DNA of 64,000 nt from Octopus vulgaris. Its lineage: Eukaryota. The position numbers and the translations under genes were made by a program. Position 1 is the first letter of the stretch; each line of letters begins with the position of its first letter. The notes under the pieces were generated by a model that was given only the letters and a program-made list of their open reading frames with translations, did no database searches and was not told the origin of the DNA. Shown piece after piece: positions 13,770 to 27,769 of the stretch. The stretch is taken from positions 3,162,001 through 3,226,000 of the forward strand of contig OX597814.1 in NCBI GenBank assembly GCA_951406725.2. Reading direction: 5' to 3'.

Positions 13770-14283
13770 GCATACATACACAGATATATGCGTACATACA
13801 TACATACGTACGTACAATACATACATACATACGTACGTACGTACATACATACATACATACATACATACATACATACATACATACACATACATACATACAT
13901 ACATACATACATACATACATACATACATACATACATACATACAATATATACATATATACATACATACATACATACATACATACATACATACGTACGTACG
14001 TACATACATACATACATACATACATACGTACGTACGTACATACATACATACATACATACATACATACATACATACATACATACATACATACATACATGCA
14101 TGCATATATACATGCATATGTACGTACATAATATATACATATATACATACAATATATACATATATACATACGTACGTACGATACATACAAATGTACACAC
14201 ATACATACACATACATACATACATACATACATACATACATACATACATACATACATACATACATACATACATGCATGCATGCA

Positions 14284-14317
<34 letters not shown>

Positions 14318-14342
14318 CATACATACATACATGCATACATAC
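13770..14342. repeat. (TACA)n/(TACG)n microsatellite
   Basis: Directly visible. Confidence 0.95.
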
Positions 14343-14830
14343 GAACAAACAAAAATACCCCGTTGTTGATGTTGAAATTCCAATGAAGGATCCTTGGATC
14401 CAGGTTAGAAACCGGTTCTTTCTCTATTGGCAAGAAATCTTGGAATAAAACTGAACAACGACATACTTACATACATAAATACATTCACACATACATACAG
14501 ACAGACAAACATGGACACACTTAGAATAGTTTCCGTGTAAGGCCCAGTATGAAGCCTTCGTGTTTGCGTGGATGTGAAGTCTAAGCCTGTTGCTAAGTTA
14601 CCGATCCATCCAACCAACCATTGTTAGGTACAAAGTGAGAATTTGTCCTGCATTTATTGGTGTGTGACATTGCTTTTATGGACTTTGCGGCTGTTATTTA
14701 TTGAGGTCAGTGAAGCAGAGTATTTGATTCTGAGTAGGGAGTTGACATTTATGACAGCTATATAAATAGTGCATAGAAAAATGCGTGTGTGTATACATGC
14801 ATGCGGCGTACACACACACACATACACATA

Positions 14831-14864
<34 letters not shown>

Positions 14865-14997
14865 CGAGCAGACACACAGACATATGTGTTTATACGTGTT
14901 TTGTTGTATAAATACACTTACGTGCTCAATACAACTTTGTAATGGAAATGTAGAGAGTACGACACACGTCGTTTATTAATGCATGAGATAAAGACGG

Positions 14998-15028
<31 letters not shown>

Positions 15029-16816
15029 TGTGTCTGTGTGTAAATGAGTGGTATAAGATATGAATTCAGAGTGTGATGCGGCAATCACAGTAAGCTCCTC
15101 CTACAGAATCGGCTATCAGTTCAAATAGTAATCAATGACAAACTATTGAAATTACTACAACACGAAAAAGGTTGCGAAACGGCCATAATCCTATGAAAAC
15201 CACGTGGTAAAATTAATAGATAGATTGATTGATTGATATATAGAGCGATAGATACATACACACACATACATACTCACATAGATACACACATACATACACA
15301 CATACATACACGCACATATACATACACACATACAAACACCCATACATACATACATGCTTTCGTACATACATACTTACATACATACGTACATACATACATA
15401 CATACATGCATACATACATACATACATACATACATACATACATACATACATACATACATACATACATACATACATGCATGCATACATACATTTCAATAAT
15501 GCAAGTTATGGTATTACATGTATTCCTTTTTTACAGTCGTTTCAACAATGCGTGGTCCAGGCTCATCAGGCATGTAAGAATGAATGATTGTGCAATATTA
15601 CAATAGATTACAAATGTGGTGTTTTAGGTATTTTAGGATCTGGATTCGTAGTAGACTGAGATGCGAAAGATACCAGACGATATACTGCTGGGTTTCTACA
15701 TCTTTTGCACGTGACGGAGACACCGTATCTCTCCAGTTCCAATCTCAGCTCAGCTGATTGTTTATTCGAGAGAGAAGAGTAAGGGGCAAAGGGAGAGAGA
15801 GGGAGGAGTGTGAGAAATGGAGAGTAGAGAGTGGGAGAAGGGGAAAGAGATGGGAAAGAAAAGAGCGAGGGGGAGTGGAGAGAGATGGAGAGACAAAGAA
15901 AAGGAGAGACAAAGAGATGGGGGCGAGAGACAGAGAAGGGGCAGAGAGATGGAGAGGAGAGAGGGAAAGAAGTGGAGGGGAAACAGGGAAGGAAGAGAGG
16001 GAGGGGATAGAGGGAAAGAGATGGAGGGTAAACAGGGAAGGGAGGGAGGGAGGGGAGAGAGGGAGGAACATGAATGGAAAAGAAGGAGGGAGAGTGGGAG
16101 GGAAATATAAGGAGGGGAGAGTGAGGGAGACGGTAGATAGGGAAGGAAAGACGTGAAGGGGAGAGATAGATGGAGAGGAGAGAGAAGGATGGGAGAGAGG
16201 AAGAAGGGAGCGAGAAGGGAGAGAGAGATGGAAGAAGTCGGGAAGGAGGAGAGAGATGAAGAGAGATAGAAAGAACGGAGGCCAGGTTCTTTATCCCTCT
16301 CCACCGTAATCAAAATCAACTCCCGATACATTGCTCCGCAATATTCGTACCGTTCCGGCTCACTACGCAAAGGGCTCGAATTCCTGCAGAGTTGACTTTG
16401 GCTTTCATCGTTTCGGATTCGATAAATGAAGCATCAATACTGAACAGGGGCTCATTCAGTTTCTCTGACATTCTCTCCTCTCGAATTAAACAGCTGGGTT
16501 TAGACATGAAGCGAGATGACCTTCACAAAATCTTTAAACACACGTTACAAAGCACACCGTAGGTTATAACATATATACGTGTAAGTATATATGCGTATAT
16601 GTACGTGTATGTATATATATGTGTGTGTGTATATATATTTATATATCGATGTACAGGTGTATTTGTATGCATATGTTATATATTTATATATACATAAACG
16701 TATACATTTGAATCCATAAATATGTGTGTAATATATGTATATATAAATACATAAATGTAAACAACTTATATATATACATATATATGTGTATATATATACG
16801 TGTATATATATACATG

Positions 16817-16869
<53 letters not shown>

Positions 16870-17029
16870 ATATACATAAATACATGTGTATAGGTGTATA
16901 TATTAAATATATATATGTATATATGTGTGAGTATATGTACATACACACATACGTATGTGTGTGGTTGTCTACGTATGTTTTGTGTGTGTTTGTGTGTGTG
17001 TGTGTGTCTGTGTCTGTGTCTGTGTCTGT

Positions 17030-17100
<71 letters not shown>

Positions 17101-17569
17101 TGTGTGTGCGTGTGTGTGTGTGGCGGTTGTGCTTTTGTAGTGTTTCGTCTGATAAGAAACAAGGGAAACTCTATCCAAACGGACTTCGGTATGCAATGGA
17201 ATTCTCAGTAAAACCAGGCAGAACTGACAGACAAAGGAGTTGCTGATGGACTGGAGCCATCTGTTCCACCATTTTACCATTTTACGACCATTCTACAGTC
17301 TTATATCACTTATCAGGTAAAATTATGGACACTTTGTTGTCTTTTTTTCTTCTTCATTTTGATTTTTCTTTATTTCTTTCCGATTTCTTCACTGGTCGTA
17401 AAACACAAGAAAATGTATCTTTTGCTTTCATATATCAGCTAAGCAACACATTCTACGGTCTGCCAACATGTCAGCAGAAACGGAGTATAAAAAATAAATA
17501 AATAAAATTCAGAAAGCAGAACAACAACAACAACAATAGCAATAAAAGAGATTTCTTTAAAATCTTGTC

Positions 17570-17780
17570 ATAAGGCCAGTAATTATAGGAAGGTGGGGGA
17601 GGGGGCAAGTCGGTTACATCGACCCCCCGGTGCTCAACTGGTATTTCATGTCATCGACCCCGAAAGAACGAAAGATAAAGTCGACTTCGCTGGAATTTGA
17701 GTTCACAACGTAAACCCGGAAGGAATGCCGCGAAGAATTTTGTTCGGTTTCGAAACGATTCTGCCAGTTTGCTGTCGTCT
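17570..17780 (-). mobile_element. SINE family A-related copy
   Basis: Family A head and core on the minus strand (tcgaccccgaaag...gtcgac...gaatttgagttca). Confidence 0.75.
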
Positions 17781-17949
17781 TTAACAACATCAACAACAAC
17801 AATAATAATAGCAAAAAAAAAAAAATGAAGCGTGCTGTTGTTATCAAGTGAACGATATATATTAACCAAAATGAACTCGATTGACAAATATATTTTTTGA
17901 ACCAGTTGAAGACAAACAAGATGTCGAAATATCGTTCACTAGATAACAT

Positions 17950-18120
17950 GGAACAAATAGGGGCTGCAATAAGGGTGGGGCACTTGCAGAAAACAGCACT
18001 GCATGGAACCGCTCGAATACTCCGGAAGGTGCTCGGAGAATAAGAGGTGTTACCTCAGTTCACTGGTAGTAAACAGCTGACACCGTAGTACATTTCCAAC
18101 GTTAGAAGCTGTGCAAAGCC

Positions 18121-18195
<75 letters not shown>
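17950..18195 (+). mobile_element. R4/Dong-like LINE 3' end with (AAT)n tail
   Basis: Translates EQIGAAIRVGHLQKTALHGTARILRKVLGE* (LQK.ALLGTA.ILRKVL terminal motif), then a short 3' UTR and (AAT)n. Confidence 0.8.
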
Positions 18196-18312
18196 GAATA
18201 CAAAAATCGCCACGATAGGGTAGGACAGTATTTAAATTTGAAAATATGTAAACACTATAAAATCAGCACTCCTGCTCAATGGTATGAACATCATCATGAC
18301 CCAATCATTGAA

Positions 18313-18315
<3 letters not shown>
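18194..18315 (+). mobile_element. R4/Dong-like LINE internal fragment between (AAT)n tracts
   Basis: Translates EYKNRHDRVGQYLNLKICKHYKISTPAQWYEHHHDPIIEG (Y..RHD and WYEH.P motifs that precede the RLE domain). Confidence 0.78.
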
Positions 18316-18380
<65 letters not shown>

Positions 18381-18382
<2 letters not shown>

Positions 18383-18915
18383 GCTCTGATGCAGTACCAG
18401 GCAGTGGCTCTCGTGGCTTCTGATCTTAACTGATTGTAAGTGTTATCATGTACATTGTTTTGTCTTGGTATAAAAGATGGGCTACAGCAAATATTCTGCT
18501 CAATACCACAAATTTGCTTGTTAGTTGTTTGACCTTAACCAATTGAGCATGTTCTTTGGTGACTGATGATATATACATCTCTGATCAAGAACAGAAGTAG
18601 TGGGGGAGCATCGTAGCCATGTGTTAAGAGAAACTCTTAGGGGTTTGGATAATTCACATTTGGAAACATGGTTGTTTCGTTCAACATCCTTAAACAATTC
18701 TAATTCAGGGACCTTTTAAGCAGGAAGGACTACTTGACCTGATGAAAATTCTAACTGGGCCCCACCTACAAGATCATGCTGTTTGTCTTGATATGAGCTC
18801 ATCATGTTGCGCACATACAGTTTCTTGCCTTATGAGACGGGTAGTCATGATGGGTATACTGGGCTTCGTATATTTTACCCCAGCGTCACTTTGATGGTAT
18901 GCACTGCTCTCTCAC
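18381..18915 (+). mobile_element. Probable interspersed repeat abutting (AAT)n, class unclear
   Basis: A higher-complexity block starting directly after (AAT)n. It looks familiar as a common octopus repeat, but there is no second copy in the window. Confidence 0.45.
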
Positions 18916-18924
18916 ACCTTCGCA

Positions 18925-19050
18925 TTCACGGTCCAGTTTCTGGGCTCTTGCACTTTACCAGTGTGGAGTAGTTTGGTGTCGTATAGCCAACTGGAAATAT
19001 TTCCTGGGGCTAAATAACAGTAACATTCATCCCATCCTGGGTCTGCCACA
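18925..19050. mobile_element. Rearranged decayed copy of the hammerhead-bearing element
   Basis: A minus-strand degenerate hammerhead (TCCACA CTGGTAA...GAAACTGG AC CGTGAA, 18925-18967) is joined to a plus-strand copy of the element's 3' part that matches 19325-19400. Confidence 0.55.
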
Positions 19051-19199
19051 TTATGTTGGCAAAAAGTCAATACTTTATGGTGCTATTATTGTATGTCTTT
19101 GAGAGATTTAGAAATAATAATATTTCCATTTTGTAGATCAGTGACTGTGTGTCACTTTGAAATCTATATATTTTCGACCGCAGTTCAGTAGCGACATCT

Positions 19200-19402
19200 G
19201 GCCAACCAAGTTACTCCACGCTGATAAAGTGCAATAACCCAAAACGTTGTCCGTGGATGTGAGGTTGTATTGGGTGGAGGTGCTAATCTCTCCTGTTCGA
19301 AAATATAAGGACACAGAAGTTTTGTGTCGTATAGCCAGCTGGAAACGATGTTTCCAGGGGCTAAATAACAGTAACAATCATCCCATCCTGATACTGCCAC
19401 AT
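19200..19402 (+). mobile_element. Decayed copy of the same hammerhead-bearing element
   Basis: TCCACG CTGATAA agtgcaataaccc AAAA CGTT GTC CGTGGA (19215-19257) is followed by ggacacaga...ccagctgg...ggggctaaataacagtaac. Confidence 0.65.
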
Positions 19403-20210
19403 ATATATATACCAGAGGTGACTCCAGGTCATCAGAGTCACTCGGGTTCGCCACAGATTTCGCATACGACACATGCCTGCTCGAAGAATTTCACGTTCTT
19501 CCGCTTTATTTCTAGCACCAAATGGCGTATTTTTTTTTACATCTAGCTCTATGTCTTTCTCCATTTCTAAGTTAAGGATAGAGCAATCCTGCAAAACACA
19601 ACTGATCTTTACACACAAACGCTCAGAATAACAGCAATCAAATAATGACATCAGAGTGCACATCCAACATCAGAGATCTGACTGTCGCCTGTACTCTTGA
19701 CAAGAGATGCCAATTAGTCTTTTACACCCACAAGGCTCCTTTGTATTAACCTGAGTTGCTGGATAATTTTTCGTTCTTATAAGAATATTGTAGAACGGAA
19801 ACTTTTCGTAGATTGGAATTTAAATCCTAATCTCTGTAGAAATTTATTGTTTGAAGAAAAATTGAATTACTCTAAATTTTTACGAGTAGATACAACAGGG
19901 GACAACTGATGAAGGGATTGTTCTTTATGTTTCCTGTCTCGTTTTTCGTTTTGTTTCTTTCGTTGTTCGAAAAAAAGTTCGTTTTCCATGATTTTGTTTT
20001 TCCTGTTCCCGTTTTTCATGTTGTTCACGTTTTTCTTTACACGAAATTTGAGAAATTTGAGAAATTTGGAAAGAAAATACGAAACCGGTTATTTCTCCAA
20101 AAACAATGTCACTACACAAAATTTTATAACATTTTTCTAACATAACGATTTAAATATATTATTTAACCATATAACAAACCTTCTGTAGTTCTTTCGCTCT
20201 TTATTTTTGT

Positions 20211-20271
<61 letters not shown>

Positions 20272-20276
20272 TAAAA

Positions 20277-20545
20277 CACAGCTCTTCAATATCCTCCCGA
20301 AGGACCTGAGAGACCTGCATGGGGTAGATGTAGGTGTCTTCAAAATAAAGCTGGACCTCTTCTTGTAAAGTGTCCCAGGTGAACCAGCTTCGCGGCAGGA
20401 GGTGCAGATGAGGGCAGCTGCATCAAACTCTCTCATGCACCAAATGTCAATTGCTAAAAAGCATTCGTGAAGTAAAATTATGTAGCAACACCAAATGGCG
20501 GTGCCCCAGCATGGCCACAGCTCGTGAGCTGAAACTAGATGAAAT
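20277..20545 (+). mobile_element. CR1/L2-group LINE 3' end
   Basis: Translates QLFNILPKDLRDLHGVDVGVFKIKLDLFL*SVPGEP...RAAASNSLMHQ (LFN.LP...FK..LD motif, one stop), followed by a 3' UTR hairpin. Confidence 0.8.
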
Positions 20546-21043
20546 ATATATATATATATATATATTCACTCATAGACACCTACGGAGCAAAGCATTTCAC
20601 GATCGCTTGCTGAAGAACAATAAGTTCCAGTGTTGCCCACTGTTCCGAACTAGGAAAGCTCGCAGATTAATTGATAGATAGGTAGGGGGTTATTAATGGA
20701 GGTAGGGGCCACTAATGATGATATACCAGAAGCCGTAGCAGGGGTCAAAGTAGGGGGCGCTGGGGGAGTTGAGTGGTTATTGTTAGGCAAAGTTTACTTA
20801 AGTAAGGAATATTTTTGTTTGGACAAGAGAATTCCAACTGAAGAATGAAGAATTTTGATACTATAGTGCGACGACAGGGAAAGCGGAGATGTGGGTGGTG
20901 GAGACGGGAGGGAGGGAGGGAGAGGTGGGAACGGGAGGAGAGGGAAGAGAAAAGAAAATAAAGGAGAGAAAAACAAGGGTTGAAGTAAGAGTTGCAGGCT
21001 GAAAGCACAGTTTACCCTTTTACCAACCGTTTATTCAAAGTTT

Positions 21044-21682
<639 letters not shown>

Positions 21683-22012
21683 CGACAAGGATGGTGTGCA
21701 CGAGTTAAGGGGATAGTGATTTAAAAGAATGTTGATGGGGGTTTATGGAGAGAAAGGAGGGGAAGATCTTCGGAGAGGGAAGGGGACTTCGGGGGGAAGA
21801 TGGGGGCGCTCTGTTTTGTTTTAGTTAATGAAGTAGTAAGATATTGATGAGGTGACGATGGGGGTCACGGTCGGAGCGGTGACACTGGGAGCTAAATAAA
21901 TACAGAACGACCTTCTTACACGCACACAAAAACACACACACACATAGTCACACACGTACACACTTATATATGAATGCATACACTCACGCACACACACACA
22001 CACATACACACA

Positions 22013-22046
<34 letters not shown>

Positions 22047-22147
22047 CATACACCTTTATTGTTTTATTTGTTTCAGTCATTTGACTGCGGCCATACATAC
22101 ATGCATGCATGCTTGCATACATATATACATATATATGTATATATATT

Positions 22148-22199
<52 letters not shown>

Positions 22200-23114
22200 T
22201 AAATATATACGTGTGTGTGTGTATCTGTGTATATAGGTTCATATGCGTACGCTGTTTACTTTTCATATACGTGTTTATGCATATATATATATGTGTGTGT
22301 GTGTATATGTATGTATGTATATGTATATATAATAGCATACCATCGTGTATAGAGAGCTAGACACACACACACACACATTTGAATATATATATATATATAT
22401 ATATAAATATATATATATACATACATATGTGTGTGCATATATGCATAGATACATATATACACACAGCCACATACGTGTATTTGAGGGTGTATGTAAAAGC
22501 TTTCCTTCAACTCGAGGACCTGACACTCTCCTGCATTACCAACGTAGCATTCTTTAAATACATGAAGCATTTGTCCGGGGTGAACAGACGGGAAACGACA
22601 GGCCTGAAAATGAAACTACGCCATCAAGAACTGGTGTGAAAGGACCCTGACTGTTGTGCGATTGAAACATGAGACCCCTCAGCACACACTGCGATATTAT
22701 GCAGCAATCGCCGAACAACATCATGAACAATGGCTTCTCTGAGGTCCATGGCCCTCGGTCATGAATGAGTGTAGAAATACTCAAGCGCATAGATTACAAC
22801 TTCATATACCAAGGTGAGACATGGAAATTGGTTAGTTATCACCGGACACAGTTATAATAATAGAGAGAAAATGCTGGAAAAATATTGGAGGTTTATTTAG
22901 ATATTCGCCATCGTTAAGTGCAAAATGATAGATAAATTTACGAACAGTTTCGTATGCTTGATAGATTGCCTAAGGTCTTCGGGGGCAGTCAACAAGAGAC
23001 ATTAACCAGGATGTTAATTATCCTTAATCACAAGCAGTCATTGTTAAGTGAATAACTGCGTTATCGTAAGAATGTACTCGAACGTGTAACCATCAATAAC
23101 AAGCTTTCATTACT

Positions 23115-23460
23115 ACTACATCATAAGCGGAAAGTGTAACCTCTCGAAAGAGCTGTTCTTCACTCCTGCTCCAGAGCGTCGACTGCGGGGTCACTCCGAA
23201 AAGCTCTATCTGCGACGATTTCACCTCAATCGAAGGAGAGGGGCTTTCTCCGTCCGGATTGCGGATCCGTGGAATAAGCTGCCGGACGAGATAGTGAAGA
23301 TGCCGACGACCGCTCGGTTCAAAGACTCTCTTGACCAGAAATGGCTTGAACTCTTTGCATGAACACCTTCCCTGTACATAACTCCATATCCCCCTACATG
23401 GCCTTGCTTTTGCTTTTTGAGCCAAAAATTAACTTAAACTTAAACTTAAACTAAACTTAA
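23115..23460 (+). mobile_element. CR1 LINE 3' end with (AACTT)n-type tail
   Basis: Translates ...LFFTPAPERRLRGHSEKLYLRRFHLNRRRGAFSVRIADPWNKLPDEIVKMPTTARFKDSLDQKW (RGH..KL, FS.R....WN.LP and FK..LD motifs), followed by a tandem short-repeat tail. Confidence 0.88.
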
Positions 23461-23979
23461 TTCGTATACTGTTGCATAAAAATACATACTATAAAGGTCG
23501 TAAAAGCTCCATCCCCAGAATGATCTGAAATTATTTAGGGTGAGATGTGTAATTCAAAGAAACAATGCAATTATGATGTAATCTGCTTAAACTGACCCAC
23601 GGACTGAGTGCTGAACGAAGGTCTCTCCCAAGACATGATTCACCAGTGAAAAATCTCCTTGTAGTTGTTGCAAAACTACCGAACGAAGAATCACATGGAA
23701 AAGTTTTGATAGACAGTTATCGGTACAGAAAAAGTTAGGTTATATAGAAAATCCTTCATCAACCTTTTCAAAAGAACAATGAAGACCGAACTGAATAGGC
23801 GAAAAACAAGTAGCTAGAAAGATGAGAAACATGTGGCCAAAAAGCTACATGTGATTTCATAAGTCGCACACAGGTTCCATAAATGTATTCCTCCAGAGCA
23901 ACTGCGAAACACAAAGGTGATGATTGATGAGCTGACGGGAGAAAAGATAGGAGCTTGGGGTTGTGGGAAGCAGGTCCTC

Positions 23980-24010
<31 letters not shown>

Positions 24011-24011
24011 C

Positions 24012-24108
<97 letters not shown>

Positions 24109-24113
24109 CAGGC

Positions 24114-24144
<31 letters not shown>

Positions 24145-26439
24145 TAGGTAGATAGATACAAACATACATACATACATACATAACCAAACACACACATAAA
24201 ATTTGCAAACAAACTTGTCGATGCAAGAGTTGCCAGTTGAAAGTTCCTCACACTGGACACTAACAAGCTTATGGGGTCATCAGGATAGAATGTGCGCTGA
24301 CTGCGCAACGCCCCCCCTCCCTGAAATAATGCCCCGCTTGCTGGATCAACTGGTCACTAAGTTTCGCTCAATATTTATCTAGCCATTGCTCACCGTCTCT
24401 TTTTAACCAAACCCTGTGGTTCTCCATCTCCGCTAGAGTCCGACCTATCTGCCATAAGGATATTTGCTTTACTATGAGTTAGGCCTAGCAACAACAACAA
24501 CAATTGCCACTCACTGTTTCCAAAGATTCCTTTAAATCCAACTTGGATTACATGGTGTTCTACTCTCCAAGACATTATTGTTTTCACAAAGAATAATGTC
24601 ACTTTTTGTTATACCTTCCACAAGTGAAGAAATTTTAAAAGCCGTCACCACTCCTCTCCGAAGACCCTGTTCGAACCTTCGATTATCCAAACTGCTCACA
24701 GCAACCAAAGTGGTGAAAGGAGATACCACTGTTTACACTATTCAATTTATTGATACTATCGTTTACAAATATAATAATACAAAGCATATTTTTTTTAATT
24801 ATATATTTTCGTCTATTTATCTATCCGTAGATTATTCCAAGTATATTCTTAGTATTTTTGGAAAAGTTGGTTGTTTAGGTGAAAGAGTTGGCCATTTTAC
24901 CGACATTAACCTCGTTATCAAAGTTGTTCAACTAATCTCTGAAATGGCTTGAAAAACAATAACGTTCTTCTGCTTGTTTTCAGTTGTTCAACATTAAACG
25001 CTAACTTTCGATATGTTTGCCAGGCTAACCCATCTCCGGATCACTTTAATCCATCGAAATAATTATCCCAATAATCTCGGTTTCTCTTACAAAAGCCCTT
25101 ATATTTTCTCCCACCATAAGACTATCTGTTGTGGCATTACGGCAAATCTAACTTCTTAACGTCCATATAATTTATCGTTTGCCGTATTTCGTATCTGAAC
25201 TTTAAAGCATCATTAACACAGCGAATAAACAACTCCGAAGTAGCTTGCAAGGAAGACACTTTGAAGTTAGCTTTGATAATAGCGGCCATAATAGTCTTTT
25301 ACACAAACCTTTTTCTTCTACCTTTTTCCTCCTTTCTTTTCTTTATTTCTTTTCTTCTTCTTTTTTTTCTTCTTATTTCTTTCTTCTGCTACATATTTAT
25401 TCTCCTCTCTCTCTCTCTTCCTCTCTTACCTTCTCTCTCAACCGTTTCTTTCTATATTTTCCTTTAATCTCTATTTTTTTCTTTTCTCCATTCATCTTTC
25501 TTTCCTTCCTTTCTTCTCGTCCGCCCTCTTCACTTTCTTGATTTCGTGTATTTGCTGTTGTTATTGTTATTGTAGTGTTTACTAAAAGTAGCAGTAGCAG
25601 TAATAGTTGTTGTTGTTGTTATTGTTGTTCTTGTGGCGGTGGCGGTGTTCTTGTTCTTGTTCTTGTTGTTCTTGCTGTTATCGTTTTTGTTGTTTCTCTT
25701 TTGGCAGTTTTTATTATTATGTACAATCGCCGTGGAAATTACATTGAACGGAAAATCACAGACAAGAAACACACAGATGAGGGGTGATGGCCATTTATGG
25801 AATACCGAGCTGCCTTGAGAATTTCTAATCTGTTCGGCAACTTAAACTGTTTCAGACTTTTATCGATGTTGCCTTTGATCTCTGATTGGATTTTTCCCCG
25901 CCATTTATTCTCTAGCTTCAAAATGTCTGTTTAGCGGCCGCCCTGATATTCTTCACACATTTCTCTACGAAAAGTGGTTTGTTTCGCGTCAACTTTATCT
26001 CTTAGGCAAATCTATCTAACTTCTGATAACCCTGAATTCTCCACTCAGAACAAATGGGTGAGTCACCCGTTCAAAAAGGACCTCAGGTTTAAGTGTTTGA
26101 GTTATCCTTTCATTACAGAATTAAATTCGAATATTGAGTCTTTCCCACGATATATACATACATACATACATACATACATGAATACATGCATACATACATA
26201 TATCTGTAAATTTCAACTATATATATATATCTACATATGTATGTATTTATATGTATATTCCTCTTATTGTGGTTATGGAGCACTATTTTAAAGAAAGGGG
26301 TACAGTCGGATAAGGGGGAATATTTAATTATTTAATAAAAGGTGTAAAGCTGATGAAAGGTGTATAGTTAATTAAAGGATTGGAATCGTTTAAATAAGCT
26401 CGGTATTTTTTGTGCACCCCGTCGGTCGATAATTTTTTT

Positions 26440-26620
26440 TTCCTACTCTAGGCACAAGGCCTGAAATTTTGGGGGAGAGGACCAGTCGATTAGATCGACC
26501 CCAGTACGCAACTGATGCTTAATTTATCGATATTGAAAGGATGGAAGTCAAAGTCGACCTCGGCGGAATTTGAACTCAGAACATAAAGACCGCTAACGAT
26601 TCTGCTAGGTTGCCGCCTCG
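26440..26620 (-). mobile_element. SINE family A-related copy
   Basis: aaagtcgacctcggcggaatttgaactcaga core, internally deleted head. Confidence 0.78.
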
Positions 26621-26769
26621 TCGGTCAAAAATATATGCCATTGATAGCAGATGGAAGTTACCATTTACACAGAGTTTAATGTACTATTATCATACTCTAT
26701 ACAAAGTACCGTTAATATACCGCAAACCGCATTCAAAGTAACACTTTTATACAAAATAATTCTATACAT

Positions 26770-26932
26770 AGGAGCAGATGAGGCTGTGTGGTAATAAGCC
26801 GGCGTCCCAAACACATGGCTCCGAGTTCAGTCCCACAGCGTGGCAACTTGAGCAATTGTCTCCTGCTATTGCCTTGGCTCGTCAAAAGACTTGAGTGTGA
26901 GTTTGGTAGACGTACACTACAAGAAGCCCATC
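26770..26932 (+). mobile_element. SINE family B 5' half (diverged)
   Basis: ggctgtgtggtaa...gagttcagtcccacagcgtggca...gagtttggtagacg. Confidence 0.72.
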
Positions 26933-26990
26933 GTGCGCGCGCGTGTAGTGTTTCTGTGTGTGAGTGTGTGTGTGTTTGTGTGTGTGTGTT

Positions 26991-27032
<42 letters not shown>

Positions 27033-27538
27033 CAAATATGAAACCTTCACCACGTTAAATCGCAACCTAACGGCAAATACATAAGCATATACGTTAAGTA
27101 TATGCGGCTGATAATATAGGTATACATCTGTTGTTCGGGGTCACTTTCGGTGGCCCTCGTGCCACGGATATGCTTATTTCGTATCGGTCTTGTCAGCCTC
27201 ACTCGCCCCCATGAGAGACAATATGATGGGGACGGGGGAGGATGACAGTCTTTGATCAATGCTGCCCATCACCTTTGATGGATGGTCATAAGCAAATAAA
27301 TGCTTATTTGCTTATGACGATCCATCAGAGGTATCATGCCTACCACTCCGCGGCGCCTAGCTCGGAAAATATTGAGTTCTAACAGAATTCGACCCGCGTA
27401 TTTAGCTGGTATTTATGTTGTATAGGTGGATGTTCAGTTTATTGAATTGTATTCGGTATATTACTGGTACTTCTCTTCTCGACCCTGAAACGAGGAAAAG
27501 CAAAATCTATCTTTTGATGGGATTTGAGATTCATAACC

Positions 27539-27769
27539 TATTTCTTTACTACCCACAAGGGGCTAAACACAGAGGAGATAAACAAGGACAGACAATCGGA
27601 TTAAGTCGATTACATCGATTCCAGTGCGTAACTGGTACTTAATTTATCGACCCCCGAAGAATGAAAGGCAAAGTCAATCTCGGCGGAATTTGAACTCAGA
27701 ACGTAACGGCAGACGAAATACGGCTAAGCATTTCGCTCGGCGTGCTAACGTTTCTGCCAGCTGGCCGCC
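27539..27769 (-). mobile_element. SINE family A, full length, nested in an older copy
   Basis: Reverse complement of 2931-3166; TSD ttcataacc at 27530-27538 and 27770-27778. Confidence 0.9.
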
